Origin: Chrysemys picta bellii
Lineage: Eukaryota
Assembly (NCBI RefSeq): GCF_011386835.1
Contig: NC_088797.1
Location: 744,001-808,000 of the forward strand
Direction of reading: 5' to 3'
DNA length: 64,000 nucleotides
Shown here: one piece after another, positions 11,609-23,799 of the stretch
Numbering within the stretch: position 1 is the first letter of the stretch
Layout: each line of letters starts with the position of its first letter
The notes under the pieces: generated by a model
What the model was told of the DNA's origin: nothing
Database searches by the model: none
The model's input: only the letters and a program-made list of their open reading frames with translations
Made by a program: the position numbers and the translations under genes

Positions 11609-11881
11609 CCCTGCCGGGGGGGGGGCGCACATTGGGGGGGGCGGTTGGGGAAGGGGGGAAGAGGCCCTGCCCCGCGGGGGGGCGGTTGGGGAAGGAGGGG
11701 GGAGAGGCCCTGCCGGGGGGGGGCGCACATTGCGGGGGCCGGTTGGGGAAGGGGGGAGAGGCCCTGCCGGGGGGGGGGGCGGGGGCGCTGCGAGCCGGGC
11801 TCTGAGCGGCCAGGCGAGCCCCGGCGAACGGGCGGGCTCGAACCCGAGCCCCGCCCTGATGTCACAGGGTCCCGCCCGCGC

Positions 11882-11895
11882 GTCGCCATGGAGAC
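11882..11895. promoter_or_regulatory. RFX X-box-like motif GTCGCCATGGAGAC in a CpG island upstream of TTLL3
   Basis: 11/14 match to the palindromic X-box GTTGCCATGGCAAC. TTLL3 is a ciliary glycylase, a gene class commonly regulated by RFX. Confidence 0.5.
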
Positions 11896-14800
11896 CCCAC
11901 CACAGCCGGGCGCTCGGGCCGAGCGGGGTAGGGCCCGGCCCGGGTCTCGGGGATTGGGGCGGTATAGAGGGTGGGGGGGTCTGTGGGGTTCGGGGTCTGT
12001 GTGGGGATTGGGGCGATATAGAGGGTGGGGGAGGGTTGGGGGGTTCGGGGTCTGTGTGGGGATTGGGGCGATATAGAGGGCGGGGGGGTCAGTGTGGGGA
12101 TTGGGGCGATATAGAGGGTGGGGGGGTCTGTGGGGTTCGGGGTCTGTGTGGGGATTGGGGCGATATAGAGGGTGGGGGGAGGGTTGGGGGGTTCGGGGTC
12201 TGTGTGGGGATTGGGGCGATATAGAGGGTGGGGGAGGGTCGGGGGGTTCGGGGTCAGTGTGGGGATTGGGGCGATATAGAGGGCGGGGGGGTCTGTGGGG
12301 TTCGGGGTCGTTGTGGGGATTGGGGCGATATAGAGGGCGGGGGCGGTCTGTGGGGTTTGGGGTCAGTGTGGGGATTGGGGCAATATAGAGGGCGGGGGGG
12401 GTCTGTGGGGTCAGTGTGGGGATTGGGGCGATATAGAGGGCGGGGGGGTCAGTGTGGGGATTGGGGCGGTATAGAGGGTGGGGGGGTCTGTGGGGTTTGG
12501 GGTCAGTGTGGGGATTGGAGCGGTATAGAGGGTGGGGGGGTCTGTGGGGTTCGGGGTCAGTGTGGGGATTGGAGCGGTATAGAGGGCGGGGGGGGTCTGT
12601 GGGGTTGGGGGTCAGTGTGGGTATTGGGGCGATATAGGGGGCGGGGGGATCAGTGGGGGTGAGGGTTTGGTGTGGGGATGAGAAGGGCAGGGGTGATAGA
12701 GTCGGGGAGACGGAGTTGGGCTCCATGGCCTTGCTGGCTACCTGAGGCACGAGGGGCTGTATTGGCCGGTGCACCGGCTCTTACTTACTGCCCCCCAGCT
12801 GCCCCCATGGACCCAATGTGCTTTCTGGTAGTGCCGTGGCGAGGGGCTGTCAGGCTGCGGAGCCATCCTGGCTCCGCTCCCTTGGCCACAGGTGGGTAGG
12901 CGGTTTTGCCCCATGCGTGACTGGCCTTGGCCTTGGCCTGGGAGCTGGCGCCCCGGGGGTGGCGCCAGGGCTCTGCTGGAAGGGTGTTCGGGTCTCAGGC
13001 TGCCCAGGGGCCAAGTGCAGCCTGGTGGGAGCGTCAGCCCCTCGCGAGGGGCCCTGGCACTCGCTCGGGCACAGGGAGACGCAGCTGCACCCGTTTCTCC
13101 CTCTCCCTCTGAGGTGGCTGGCTGGGAGCTGAGCCATGCTGGCAGAGCCGGGCCCTGCAAGAGGCAGCGCAGAGAGCAACGGGCCCCATGGATTCCCAGG
13201 TGAGGGGGAGCGGAGGGGAGCGGAGCGGGCCCTGGGGGAGGGGCTGTGTCCAGCACTGGGGCTGCCTGGGGGCTCTCTGCAGCTCTGGGAAGCAGTGATG
13301 GCATGCCAGCCTAAGAGGCAAATGCCCCCTCCCGCCTGCCCAGCACGGCCCCGAGTGGGGGCTGCCAGAGACGAGCAGCAGCCCCCGAGAGCCCTGCTCA
13401 AGGACTGCGAGGCAGTGACCGTGTGGGGATCAGGACTGCAGGGGTTGTTCTGACTCTGCCACTCACTGGCTGTCTGGTCTTGGCCAAAACCCCCACCCCT
13501 CTGTGTGCCTCTGTTTCCCCATCTGGAGAATGCTGGGGCCTGACCTCAGTAATGTCTGTCGGGAGCTCTGAGCTGGGTGGGTGGCACTAGCCAAGTGTAG
13601 GGGCATCGATGTGACTCCTCAGCCGAGCCGCGCGGGAGGTGACAGTCATGGGCGTGGGGGGACGGGGAAGGTCTGAGGGAGGTGGGACAGCACGGCCAGT
13701 CCCAGGGACTCAATGAACTCTGCTAGCTCGTCTGCCCACACTGGGAGCCCAGCAGCCGCTGCCCAGTGGGGTAGGGTCAGCCCGAGCCATCTGGGCCTGA
13801 GACCGGCCTTAGCAGGAGCACAGGACACCCCCCCAGACTGGGAGCTTGGGTGTCCTGTACCCCTCCAGCCCCTCCCACAGAGACTGGCTTAGCCAGTGAA
13901 GCCTGCTCTGGGCACCATGCACCGTGGCAGGCTCCTCACAGAGGCTCAGCCCTGACGGCCTGGCCCTGATGTGCTGCTCTCCTGGCTGGACGTAGGTGCT
14001 GACGTTGAGGGGGATGCTGTCACCGAGAAGGCAGCTGTGCTCCCTGCCCGCCGCAAGGGCCCTGCTGCCCCTGGCCCCAGGAGGCAGCGGCAGGAAGGTA
14101 GGAGCCCTGCAGCTGGTCCCAGCCAGCCCTTCTCTCTGACCTCCCTGCCCCTTTTCTTTGGAGCCCCTCACTGCCATGGCTAGTCGCTGCAGCTGAGCAG
14201 AGCGACCCCAGGCGTGCAGGGCATGGCCTGGGCCAGCCCAAGGCACGTGGGCTCCCAGTGGAAGCATGCAGGGTCTGGCACCAGCGGAGAGTGTCCCTGG
14301 CTCGGTCCCTTTCCCCAGCCCTGGAGTGAACCGTTGTCTGACCAAGAGTCCCCCAGCCTGTTCTCCCCATGCTGCCCACTGCAGGGGACATGCCTCAGCC
14401 CATGACCCCCTATAGCCTGTCCCGGGGGCTATTCCTTGGCACATGACCTCCTCAGGGCTGGCAACACAGAGGGGGCCATTGCCCAGCCTCCTGGCTAGTG
14501 GCACTGCCAGGGAGCCAACCCCCACAGGGTCCCCGGAAACAACCGAAAGAGCAGAGTGCCATGGGCGAAGGCCCCCTGAGGACAGCCTGTCAGGCACGCT
14601 CCAGAGCTTGGAGTGGGTCTAGCAGAGGTGGCGCTGGGCTGTTCTCCCGTTCCAGGGCTCACAGCTCCTCCGAGCGATGGGCGTAGCCGGCGCAGCAGCG
14701 GCTGCTACCCTCTCAACCCAGAGCGCCTCAAGCAGGGCAGGCTGCACGTGGAGAGAGCCGTCAAGGTGAGGGGCTGTCTGCTGCGCCCTGCCTGCAGCCC

Positions 14801-17800
14801 ATCTTCTACCCCAGAGCCCCCGCCTCCCGCCCCAGGCCTGCCTGCCCTTCCCTGGCCTCCACCGCGGGCCCTGCCTGCCCCTCCCGGCCCTGCCTGCAGC
14901 CCATCTTCTACCCCAGAGCCCCCGCCTCCCGCCCCAGGCCTGCCTGCCCTTCCCCGGCCTCCACCGCGGGTCCTGCCTGCCCCTCCCGGCCCTGCCTGCC
15001 CTTCCCCGGCCTCCACCGCGGGCCCTGCCTGCCCCTCCCGGCCCTGCCTGCAGCCCATCTTCTACCCCAGAGCCCCCGCCTCCCGCCCCAGGCCTGCCTG
15101 CCCCTCCCCGGCCTCCACCGCGGGCCCTGCCTGCCCCCTCCCGGCCCTGCCTGCAGCCCATCTTCTACCCCAGAGCCCCCGCCTCCCGCCCCAGGCCTGC
15201 CTGCCCCTCCCCGGCCTCCCCCCGCGGGCCCTGCCTGCCCCTCCCGGCCCTGCCTGCCCCTCCCCGGCCTCCCCCGCGGGCCCTGCCTGCCCCCGGTCCT
15301 GCCTGCCTCTCCTCCCCACCAGCCCTGTTTGGCCCTGCCCTGGTCCCTGCCTGCCCCTCCCCGGCCTCCCCGGGGCCTTACCTACCCCTCCGCAGCCTCC
15401 CCTGGGACCTACCCGCCCCTCCCCGGGGCCTTACCTACCCCTCCGCAGCCTCCCCTGGGACCTACCCGCCCCTCCCCGGCCTCCCCGGGGCCCTACCTGC
15501 CCCTCTGCAGCCTCCCCTGGGACCTGCCTGCCCCTCCCTGGCCTCCCCCGCCCCGCCTGCCCCTCTCCCTGGGCCCTACCTGCCCCTCTCTGCCTCCCCT
15601 TGGGCCTGTCTGCCCCTCCCCCGTCTCCCCTGGGCCCTAGCTGCCCCTCCCCTGTCTCCCCACATCATGCCTGCCCCTCCCTCCCCACCAGCCCTGATTG
15701 GCCCTCCCCTGGGCCCTACCTGCCCCCTCTCTGCCTCCCCTTGGGCCTGTCTGCCCCTCCCCCGTCTCCCCTGGGCCCTAGCTGCCCCTCCCCTGTCTCC
15801 CCACATCCTGTCTGCCCCTCCCTCCCCACCAGCCCTGATTGGCCCTCCCCTGGGCCCTACCTGCCCCTCCCCGGCCTCCCCAGGGCCCTGCCTTCCCCCC
15901 CCCCGCCCCGCCTGACCCTCTCCCTGGGCCCTGCCTGCCCCTCTCTGCCTCCCCCTGGGCCTGTCTGCCCCTCCCCCGTCTCCCCGCCCCCCGGCCCTGC
16001 CTCCCCCTCTCCTGCCTCCCCTGGGCCCTAGCTGCCCCTCCCCTGTCTCCCCCCATCCTGCCTGCCCCTTCCCTGCTTCCCCCCCCCAGGCTTCCCCCCC
16101 CCAGCCCTACCTGCCCCTCCCCTGCCTCCCCACCTGCCCAAAGGCCCTGTGGACACCTGGGCCCTGCCTGCCCCTTCCCTGCCCCACCCCATGCAGCCTC
16201 CCCAGGGCCCTGTAAACTCCCCCCACCTTCCCCATCCCCATACATGCCCCTCCCCCAGACATACTCTCCCCCAGCAAAGTCTCACATACCCCTAGCCCCC
16301 ATGACCTTCCCCCACAGGCTTCACATGCCCTTGGCCTCCCCCCCAACCCCTCCACATCCCTCCACCCTGAGGCCTCACATGTCCCAGACACCCCCCTGCG
16401 CAGCCTTGTGTGGTCCTGCCTGCCTGAGCTCTGTCTGACCCCCCAGGGTGCCTGTCCTGCATGTCCATGCTAAGGGGGTCCAGGGCCCAGCTGCACCTTG
16501 GGCTCCCCTTGCATGGAGCATTCAGCTCCCTTCCCCCGCAGCAAAGGAAGATCTTCATGCTGCATGGCCCGTACCCCGTGATCCGGAGACTGCTGCGCAG
16601 CCGGGGCTGGGTGGAGAAGAAGGCCCCCAAGGCAGCACACAGATGGGAACGAGCGCCCGACGGCGAGGAGGATGGGGAGGGGACGACAGCGACGGTGCCG
16701 AGGAGGGTGAGAGTTGGGCACACGGAGGGGTCCGACAAAGCCCCCCCCCTCCCCCCACCGCCCAGGGCAGATCTTTCCTCTCCCAGTGCCAGGGCTCTCC
16801 TACTGCTCTGGCCATGGCTCTCCAAGGCAGGTCCCTGCTCAGGCCTGGGACTCGCTGGGGGCAGCAAGCTCAGGGGAGCATAACCGAGAAGGAGGGACAG
16901 CCTGGGCCCTGGCCCCAGGAGACTGCTGGGGAACCGCAATGCCTTGCTGTGGGGTGGCTCCAGATTCTGAGATACGCCTGGCCCGGTCCCTGGAGCGCCC
17001 CAGGCCTGCCAGGTCCCCAGGGAGCACCCCAGCCCTGCCAGGTCCCCCCATCCGAGTCCTTGAGAAGCGCCCGAGCCCTGCCAGGTCCCCCCATCTTGGT
17101 CCCCGGGGAGCGCCCCAGCCCTGCCAGGTCCCCCCATCCTGGGAGCGCCCCAGCCCTGCCAGGTCCCCGGGGAGCGCCCCAGCCCTGCCAAGTCCCCAGG
17201 GAGCGCCCCAGCCCTGCCAGGTCCCCGGGGAGCACCCCAGCCCTGCCAAGTCCCCGGGAGTGCCCCAGCCCTGCCAGGTCCCCAGAGAGCACCCCAGCCC
17301 TGCCAGGTCCCCGGGGAGCGCCCCAGCCCTGCCAGGTCCCCCTGTCCTGAGAGCGCCCCAGCCCTGCCAGGTCCCCGGGAGTGTGTGTGTCCCAAGATCA
17401 GAATGCTCAGCAGCGTGGGCCATCAGGCGCTGTGCCCGGGGCAGTGGTGCTCTGGCCTCCCTCTGGCTCTTGCTCTTCTTCCCCAGACGAGGAGGGCGAG
17501 GAAGAGGAGGAGCAGGATGATGACCCTGATGGCACCTACGACCTCATGGTTAGTTTGGGGGTGGAGGAGCCCAGGCCACCCCATCTCCCTGCACCCTCTA
17601 GCACAGGGGGAAGGTCGGCCTCACAGGAGCATCCACACAGAATTGCCTGCTGAGAGTAATGTGTTCAGGCCAGGGCAGAGCACAGGGGTGGGGCAGGGCG
17701 AGGGGGACGTTCAGGCGGGGGTGGGGCAAAGCACAGGGGCGGGGCAGGGCAGGGGGCATTCAGGCCAGGGCAAAGTGTGGGGGTGGGGCAGGGTGGGGGG

Positions 17801-20800
17801 AAGTTCAGGCTGGGGGGAGCATGGGGGTGGGGCAGGGCAGGGGGGCGTTCAGGTGAGGGCGGAGCGCGGGGGTGGAGCAGGGCTGGGGGACGTTCAGGTT
17901 GGGGCAGAGCGCGGGGGCGGGGCAGGGCAGGGGGCGTTCAGGCTGGGGCAGGGCAGGGGCAGCCCCTCGGAGCTGTCTGGCTGAGGAATTTGGCGAGGCT
18001 GGCGCTGGGTTCTGCTGGACCCTTGGCCATGGGAGTTGAAGTCCGGCACGTCCAGTGGCTGGGCTGTGGGCTGTGCTGGCCCGTCCCTCACAGACAGCTG
18101 CTGGGCATGGCCTGGGCCTGTCTGTGCCATGGAGGCGCTGGGTGCCCCAGCATTCAGCCCGCTGAGAAAGCCTAGGCAGGGCAGACCCGGCCGGGCGCCC
18201 CTGGGCTTCCCTGGCCCCTCACACCAGCCCCTCTCCCACGGGCAGTCGCGGCTGGTTCGCAACCAGATGCCCTATTTCATCTGGACTAATCGGCGAGATG
18301 CCATCGACGGCCGCTTCCTGCGCAAGGAGCAAGTGATGAACCACTACGCCAAGGCAGGCTCCTTCACCACCAAGGTGAGCACAGGGCGGCCACCAACCTT
18401 GCTGGGGGAGGCAGGGCATGGGGCTGGGGCCTGCACAGGGAGAGGGTGCACACATGGACCTGGGTGGGTGGGGGGTTGTCCATGGCCATGCAGGGACGGG
18501 GGTGCATACGTGGCCCTTGGTGGGCGAGGAGTGCGGGGAGCCATGGCCCCCTGGGTCTGAGACCCTGCGCTGCATGCGGGGGTCAGTCCCAAGCTGAAGC
18601 TCCGTTCTCTCCCAGGTGGGGCTGTGTCTGAACCTGCGGAACCTGCCTTGGTTCGACCAGGCCGATGCCGACACCTTCTTCCCCCGCTGCTACCGGCTGG
18701 GTGCCGAGGATGAGAAGCACGCCTTCATCGGTGAGTACTGCTGTGCGCTGGGGGGCACACTGCCCCAGGGAGGGGCGGCTCCCAGCTGGCCCTGGGGGAG
18801 GCCACGGGCTGTCCTCGGTGATGGGGGGGCTCCCATCTGGCTCCAGAGAGGCCAAGGGCTGTCCCGGGTGATGGGGGGCTCCCAGCTGGCCCCAGGGAGG
18901 CTGAGGGCTGTTCCGGGTGATGGGGGGGGGGCTCCCAGCTGGCCCCAGAGAGGCCAAGGGCTGTCCCGGGTGATGGTGGGGGGCTCCCAGCTGGCCCCAG
19001 AGAGGCCAAGGGCTGTCCTGGGTGATGTGGGACTCCTAGATGACCCTAGGGGTTGGGGGCTCCCCACCTTCCCAAGGGGCCCATTCTGAAAATTGAGCCA
19101 TCTCCCTGAAAATCCAGCCTCCTTTGCTCCGACTTAGTGGCCACCCCAATATTAGCACTCCCCATGGCCCCCCCTTGCTCCGGGCCTGGACACCCAGTGG
19201 TGGTGACACCATCTCTTGCAGAGGATTTCTGGCTCACTGCCGCCCGGAACATCCTCAAAGTAGTGGTGAAAAGATACTGGAGCGCAGCTGCCCGGGGGGC
19301 TGGGGCAGCGGCGGCTTCCAGCACACAGGGGCCCAGGAAGGCCGGCGAGTCCGCAGGTAGGTGCTGGTCAGGAGAGCTGAGTGCACGGTGTGATGAGCGG
19401 GTCATGGTCCCACTGCCGAAGCCGCTTGCTTTACTCTCTGCGGCAGAGGGTTCCCCCACCATCCCCACCGCCACCTCCACTGCCGTTCCCCCACCGTCCC
19501 CACCACCACCATCCCACCCCCACTGCCACCAGTTCCCCCACCACCACCACCATCCCCACTGCCGCCGGTTCCCCCACCATCCCCACCACCACCTCCACTG
19601 CCGCCGGTTCCCCCACCGTCCCCACCACCACCATCCCACCCCCACTGCCACCAGTTCCCCCACCACCACCACCATCCCCACTGCCGCCGGTTCCCCCACC
19701 GTCCCCACCGCCACCTCCACTGCCGCCGGTTCCCCTACTGCCCCCACCACCAACACCACTGCCGCCGGTTCCCCCACCGTCCCCACCACCACCATCCCAC
19801 CCCCACTGCCACCAGTTCTCCCACCACCACCACCATCCCCACTGCCGCCGGTTCCCCCACCGTCCCCACCACCACCTCCACTGCCGCCGGTTCCCCTACT
19901 GCCCCCACCACCAACACCACCCCTCCATCCCCATCCCCACTGCTGCCACCATCCCCATCCCCGTTGCTGCCCTGCCCCGAGAGCAGCACACGTCCCCCTG
20001 TGACTGCTTCAGCACTCACCCGAGAGCATCTGTCACAGCGGCTGTGGCCTTCCCTGTGGGAGCTGCAATTAGATCAGGCTGAGCTACCAGGACTCTGAGC
20101 GCTGCCTCTGCCTGGTGGGCCCGGCAGAGGGAGTGGGCTGTGCAGGGGGCCTGGGCTGTGAGAGCAGCGGGGGAGTCCTGAGGGGGCCAGGTCCCAGGGT
20201 AGCTCGCTGCCCCCATGCCGGCAGAGCCCAGCCCTTGTAGGCAGCTAGGGACCTCCCCCTCCCACCCCGTGGCTCCCGGCAGGCAGGAGAGCAGGGTTAT
20301 GTGCTGGAGCATGGGGGAGAGTCGAGGAGTGCGGGGAGCCATGGCCCCCTGGGTCTGAGACCCTGAGCTGCATGCGGGGGTCAGTCCCAAGCTGAAGCTC
20401 CGTTCTCTCCCAGGTGGGGCTGTGTCTGAACCTGCGGAACCTGCCTTGGTTCGACCAGGTGCAGACCCCACAGGAGGGAGATGCTCTGCTGGCCTCTCCC
20501 CCACCCTTTGGCCGGAATGTGCTGTGCTCCCTAGAGCCCCAGGGCTCACCGGCAGCACCCACCCACGCGATGCACCCTCTGTGTGATGCCATGAGCCCTG
20601 CCAGCTGGCTTGCTCTCCCCCATTCAGAGTCCCCAAGAGAGACTGGTGGGAAGAAGGGCAGCCCCCTGCCACCCCAGCTCATCGAGACGGCCCTGCAGGC
20701 CTGCGAGGAGCACCTGAGCAGCCTGACACACCAGGATATAGACAGGGAGCCCGAGTCCCCTCTCTGCATGACGGGGGCACGGTGGGGGGACTTCCTGCGC

Positions 20801-23727
20801 GCCTACTACCAGGTGATTCAGTAAGTGCTGCGGGGCGGGGCCCGGGGGGGAGGAGGGGAGCTCTCCTGCTCTGCTCTGAGCTGGGCTGTCTGACTGCAGC
20901 GAAGGGGCGCTCCTGGACCAGCTGGGCTCCCACGTCGAACAGTGCGAGCACGTCCTGCAGCGCCTGGCCGAGGTGCTCCCACAGCTGGAGATGGAGGGGG
21001 ACCGCAATATCTGGATTGTGAAGCCAGGCGCCAAGTCGCGGGGCAGAGGTAAGGCTCGGTCCTGCCGCCGTGGGGAATGGGGACGGTTCCGCGGGAGATG
21101 CTGAGGCCTACCTGGCCGAAGCCAGAAACCCCGATCCCACTGTCTGTGGCTGCGGGGGGCAAGGGAGCCTGGCACTGAGACACTGGCCAAGCAATAGGTA
21201 CGACCTCCCGCGAACCAATCCCCCCAGCCTGCCCCCTGCCTGCACAGTGAGTGGGGCAGCCCTGTGCTTTGCTGTGGGGCTGCTCAGTCACTGGCAGAGG
21301 CTCTGCGCTCTGTTTGGCCTTGGCTGCAGCCTGTGTGCAGTGCTGTGTGTCATGGGGCTGCTGGGCTCGCCCCCAGGAATCATCTGCATGGACCGCCTGG
21401 AGGAGATGCTGAAGCTGGTGGATTGCGACCCCATGATCGTGAAGGACGGCAAGTGGGTGGTGCAGAAATACATCGAGAGACCCCTGCTCATCCACGACAC
21501 CAAGTTCGACCTGCGACAGTGGTTCCTGGTGACGGACTGGAACCCGCTCACCATCTGGTTCTACCGAGACAGCTACCTCCGCTTCTGCACGCAGCCCTTC
21601 TCCCTGCACAACCTGGACACGTGAGTGCCTGGGGGAAGGGGCTGCACCTCCCCAGCCGCTGCTCCCCAGCCCTGCCTCAGCTGTCCTGGGCGCCAGGGCG
21701 AGGTCCCAGGCGGGGGCAGTGTGCAGCTGTGGGCACTGAGCCCCTTTCTCTCGGTCCCAGCTCCATCCACCTGTGCAATAACTCCATCCAGAGGCACTAC
21801 GAGAACTCGCTGAGCCGCCACCCCCAGCTGCCCCCCGACAACATGTGGTCATCGCAGCAGTTCCAGGCCCACCTGCAGCAGGCGGGGGCGGCAGGCGCCT
21901 GGCAGGAGGTGATCGTCCCGGGCATGAAGGCGGCCATCATCCACACCATGCAGACCTCCCAGGACGTGGTGGAGTTCCGCAAGAGCAGCTTTGAGCTATA
22001 CGGGGCAGACTTCATGTTCGGGGAGAATTGCCAGCCCTGGCTGATCGAGATCAACGCCAGCCCCACCATGGCGGCCTCCACGGCCGTGACCAGCCGGCTG
22101 TGCGCCAGCGTTCAGGAGGACACGCTCCGTGTGGTCATTGACCGCAAGCATGACCGCAGCTGCCACACGGGGGCCTTTGAGCTCATCTACAAGCAGGTGA
22201 GTCCCCAGCAGCCCTGCATGGACCGGCTGAGCTGGGACGGGAGAGCACCCAGGGGTGGCCCAGCCCTGCACGGACCGGCTGAGTTGGGAGGGGGCCCAGA
22301 GAGCACCCAGGGGTGGCCCAGCCCTGCACGGACCGGCTGAGTTGGGAGGGGGCCCAGAGAGCGCCCAGGGGGAGGCCAGCCCCAGGGCCAGGAGCAGCAG
22401 TGCCACTTAGCATAGGCCCGGCAGGGGCTGCCCCTCACCCCCTCCAGTGGGGACTGGTGTGGGACTCAGTAGGGGGCACTCTCTCCTTGGGATCAGTGCT
22501 ACCCCTTGGGCACTAGAGTGTTCTGTGCTGCTGCACAGATCTAGTTACAAGGGAACCAGCCCTGAGTCCTACCCACCCATGATCCCCACGCATTGCGGAG
22601 TGAGCCCTGTTGCCTGACCTCACCCCGCCAGGGGACCTCCCAGAATGTCCCTTCAGCCACAGGGGCCATGTGCTACTTGTCACTGCCTGCCCAGGCTGTG
22701 CACAGCGGCCACATGCCAGCCCGCTACTGGGGGCTTTCCCTGCCCCTTCCCAGAGTGGGCCAGCATCTAACAGCCACCCAGGGGCACTGGACTAATCCAA
22801 AGGCAGCAGCCCAGCCCAGCAGGGCATCCATGCCCAGGGCCCTGCAGGCACTCCTAGCCCAGGCAGGGCCACAGGGCTCTGCACTGAGCACTCTCCTGCC
22901 TTCTCCCGCAGGCGGCTGTCGACGTGCCCCAATACGTAGGAATAAGCCTTTTGGTGGAAGGATCCACTGTCAAAAAGCCACGGCCTCCAAACCACAGACT
23001 CTCCCCCAGTGCCAGCCCCAGGCCGGGCCCCAGTGTGCCCAGCTGCCCGCAGCACTTCCAAGCACTCCCACAGAGCTCCCCTCGTGGGCCCAGGGCTCCA
23101 CAGCTCGCCAGGGCCCCTGCGCCAGTCAGCGGCAAGGAGAACAGAGCCAGGGAGCTGGGGGCCGCCAACAGGGCCTCTGCTGCAGCTGGCACCCGGCCGA
23201 AGCTGCCCAGCAAGGTGCGAGCCGGACCAGGCAGGAGGCTGCTAGAGCTGCACAGCGCGGCCACCTCCCCGCTGGGGGACAAGCTGGTGCCGCTGGGCCA
23301 GCCCAGGCTCTGTCAGAAGTGCAGCTCCCAGGGGCCAGTCCCCAGCCCCAGGGCACCCCCACGCCTCCAGCTCAGCAAAGCCAACGGCCCCAAGGGGCAG
23401 CTGCAGAGGCCAGCCCGGCAGCCAGGTAGGGAGCTGCAGCTGCACGTGCGGGACTTATGCACCTTCCAGCTGGGCTGTGGGCACGCTGCCACCCCCACTC
23501 ACCCCCTTGCTTGCTCTCCAGGGAAGCCCAGTGTGCCAGAGCGCCAGTGGGGGCATGCCCAGGCTGCGCTGCGGGAGAGGCCCCCAGCCCCTCCTGCCAG
23601 GCCTGGCCAGCAGTGTGCCAGGGGCTGGCCACGCAGGGCCCCCCACCCAGCCTCCGCCCCTGAGCTCGGGGCCTTGCACATGGCTGTGGGCAGAAGGAAG
23701 CAGAAGAGAGACAGGCTGTGCAGGTGA
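11888..23727 (+). CDS. TTLL3: Tubulin monoglycylase TTLL3 (~860 aa); first exon tentative; one -1 indel
   Basis: Exons 14656-14765 ([18 protein letters not shown]), 16542-16706 ([27 protein letters not shown]), 17487-17548, 18246-18374, 18616-18730 ([15 protein letters not shown]...FFPRCYRLG), 19222-19356, 20628-20820, 20900-21048 ([13 protein letters not shown]), 21377-21620 ([20 protein letters not shown]), 21761-22196 ([10 protein letters not shown]) and 22912-23727. Candidate phase-1 first exons are 11888-11927 or 13136-13199. Confidence 0.93.
11950..12660. repeat. G-rich minisatellite (GGGATTGGGGCGATATAGAGGG core, variable ~37-56 bp units)
   Basis: About 14 recurrences of the core motif, starting right after the candidate TTLL3 donor at 11928. 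Confidence 0.9.
14780..16200. repeat. C-rich minisatellite array in TTLL3 intron (~100-bp units, then shorter CCTGCCCCTCCCC units)
   Basis: CCTGCAGCCCATCTTCTACCCCAGAGCCCCCGCCTCCCGCCCCAGGCCTGCC repeats 4 times, followed by degenerate C-rich units. Confidence 0.9.
16990..17380. repeat. ~30-bp minisatellite (GAGCGCCCCAGCCCTGCCAGGTCCCCGGG)
   Basis: About 11 tandem copies. Confidence 0.9.
19455..19960. repeat. ~33-36-bp C-rich minisatellite (CCACCACCACCATCCCCACTGCCGCCGGTTCCC)
   Basis: Tandem copies in the TTLL3 intron after exon 19222-19356. Confidence 0.9.
20323..20459 (+). repeat. 137-bp local duplicate of 18525-18661 (TTLL3 acceptor plus first 45 nt of an exon)
   Basis: 136/137 identical by eye; the one difference is CCCTGCGCTGC vs CCCTGAGCTGC. 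Confidence 0.95.
22208..22400. repeat. ~59-bp minisatellite, ~3 copies, after the TTLL3 donor at 22197
   Basis: CAGCCCTGCACGGACCGGCTGAGTTGGGAGGGGGCCCAGAGAGC recurs at about 22209, 22261 and 22320. Confidence 0.85.
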
Positions 23728-23793
23728 TGGAGGGAGCTGCCCCTGGGGCTGCTGGCAGCAGCGAGGGAGTCATGCCAGGGGCTGGTGCCCTCC

Positions 23794-23799
23794 AATAAA
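23794..23799 (+). terminator. Candidate TTLL3 polyadenylation signal AATAAA
   Basis: First AATAAA after the TGA at 23727, 67 nt downstream. Confidence 0.6.

Noticed and set aside
12799-12827. Small candidate TTLL3 exon (CCCCAG|CTGCCCCCATGGACCCAATGTGCTTTCTG|GTAGTG)
   Set aside because: Ends in a phase incompatible with exon 14656, has a weak donor and no recognisable homology.
11502-14765. ARPC4-TTLL3 read-through fusion as described in human
   Set aside because: Cannot be assessed because the ARPC4 3' exons are missing in the gap.
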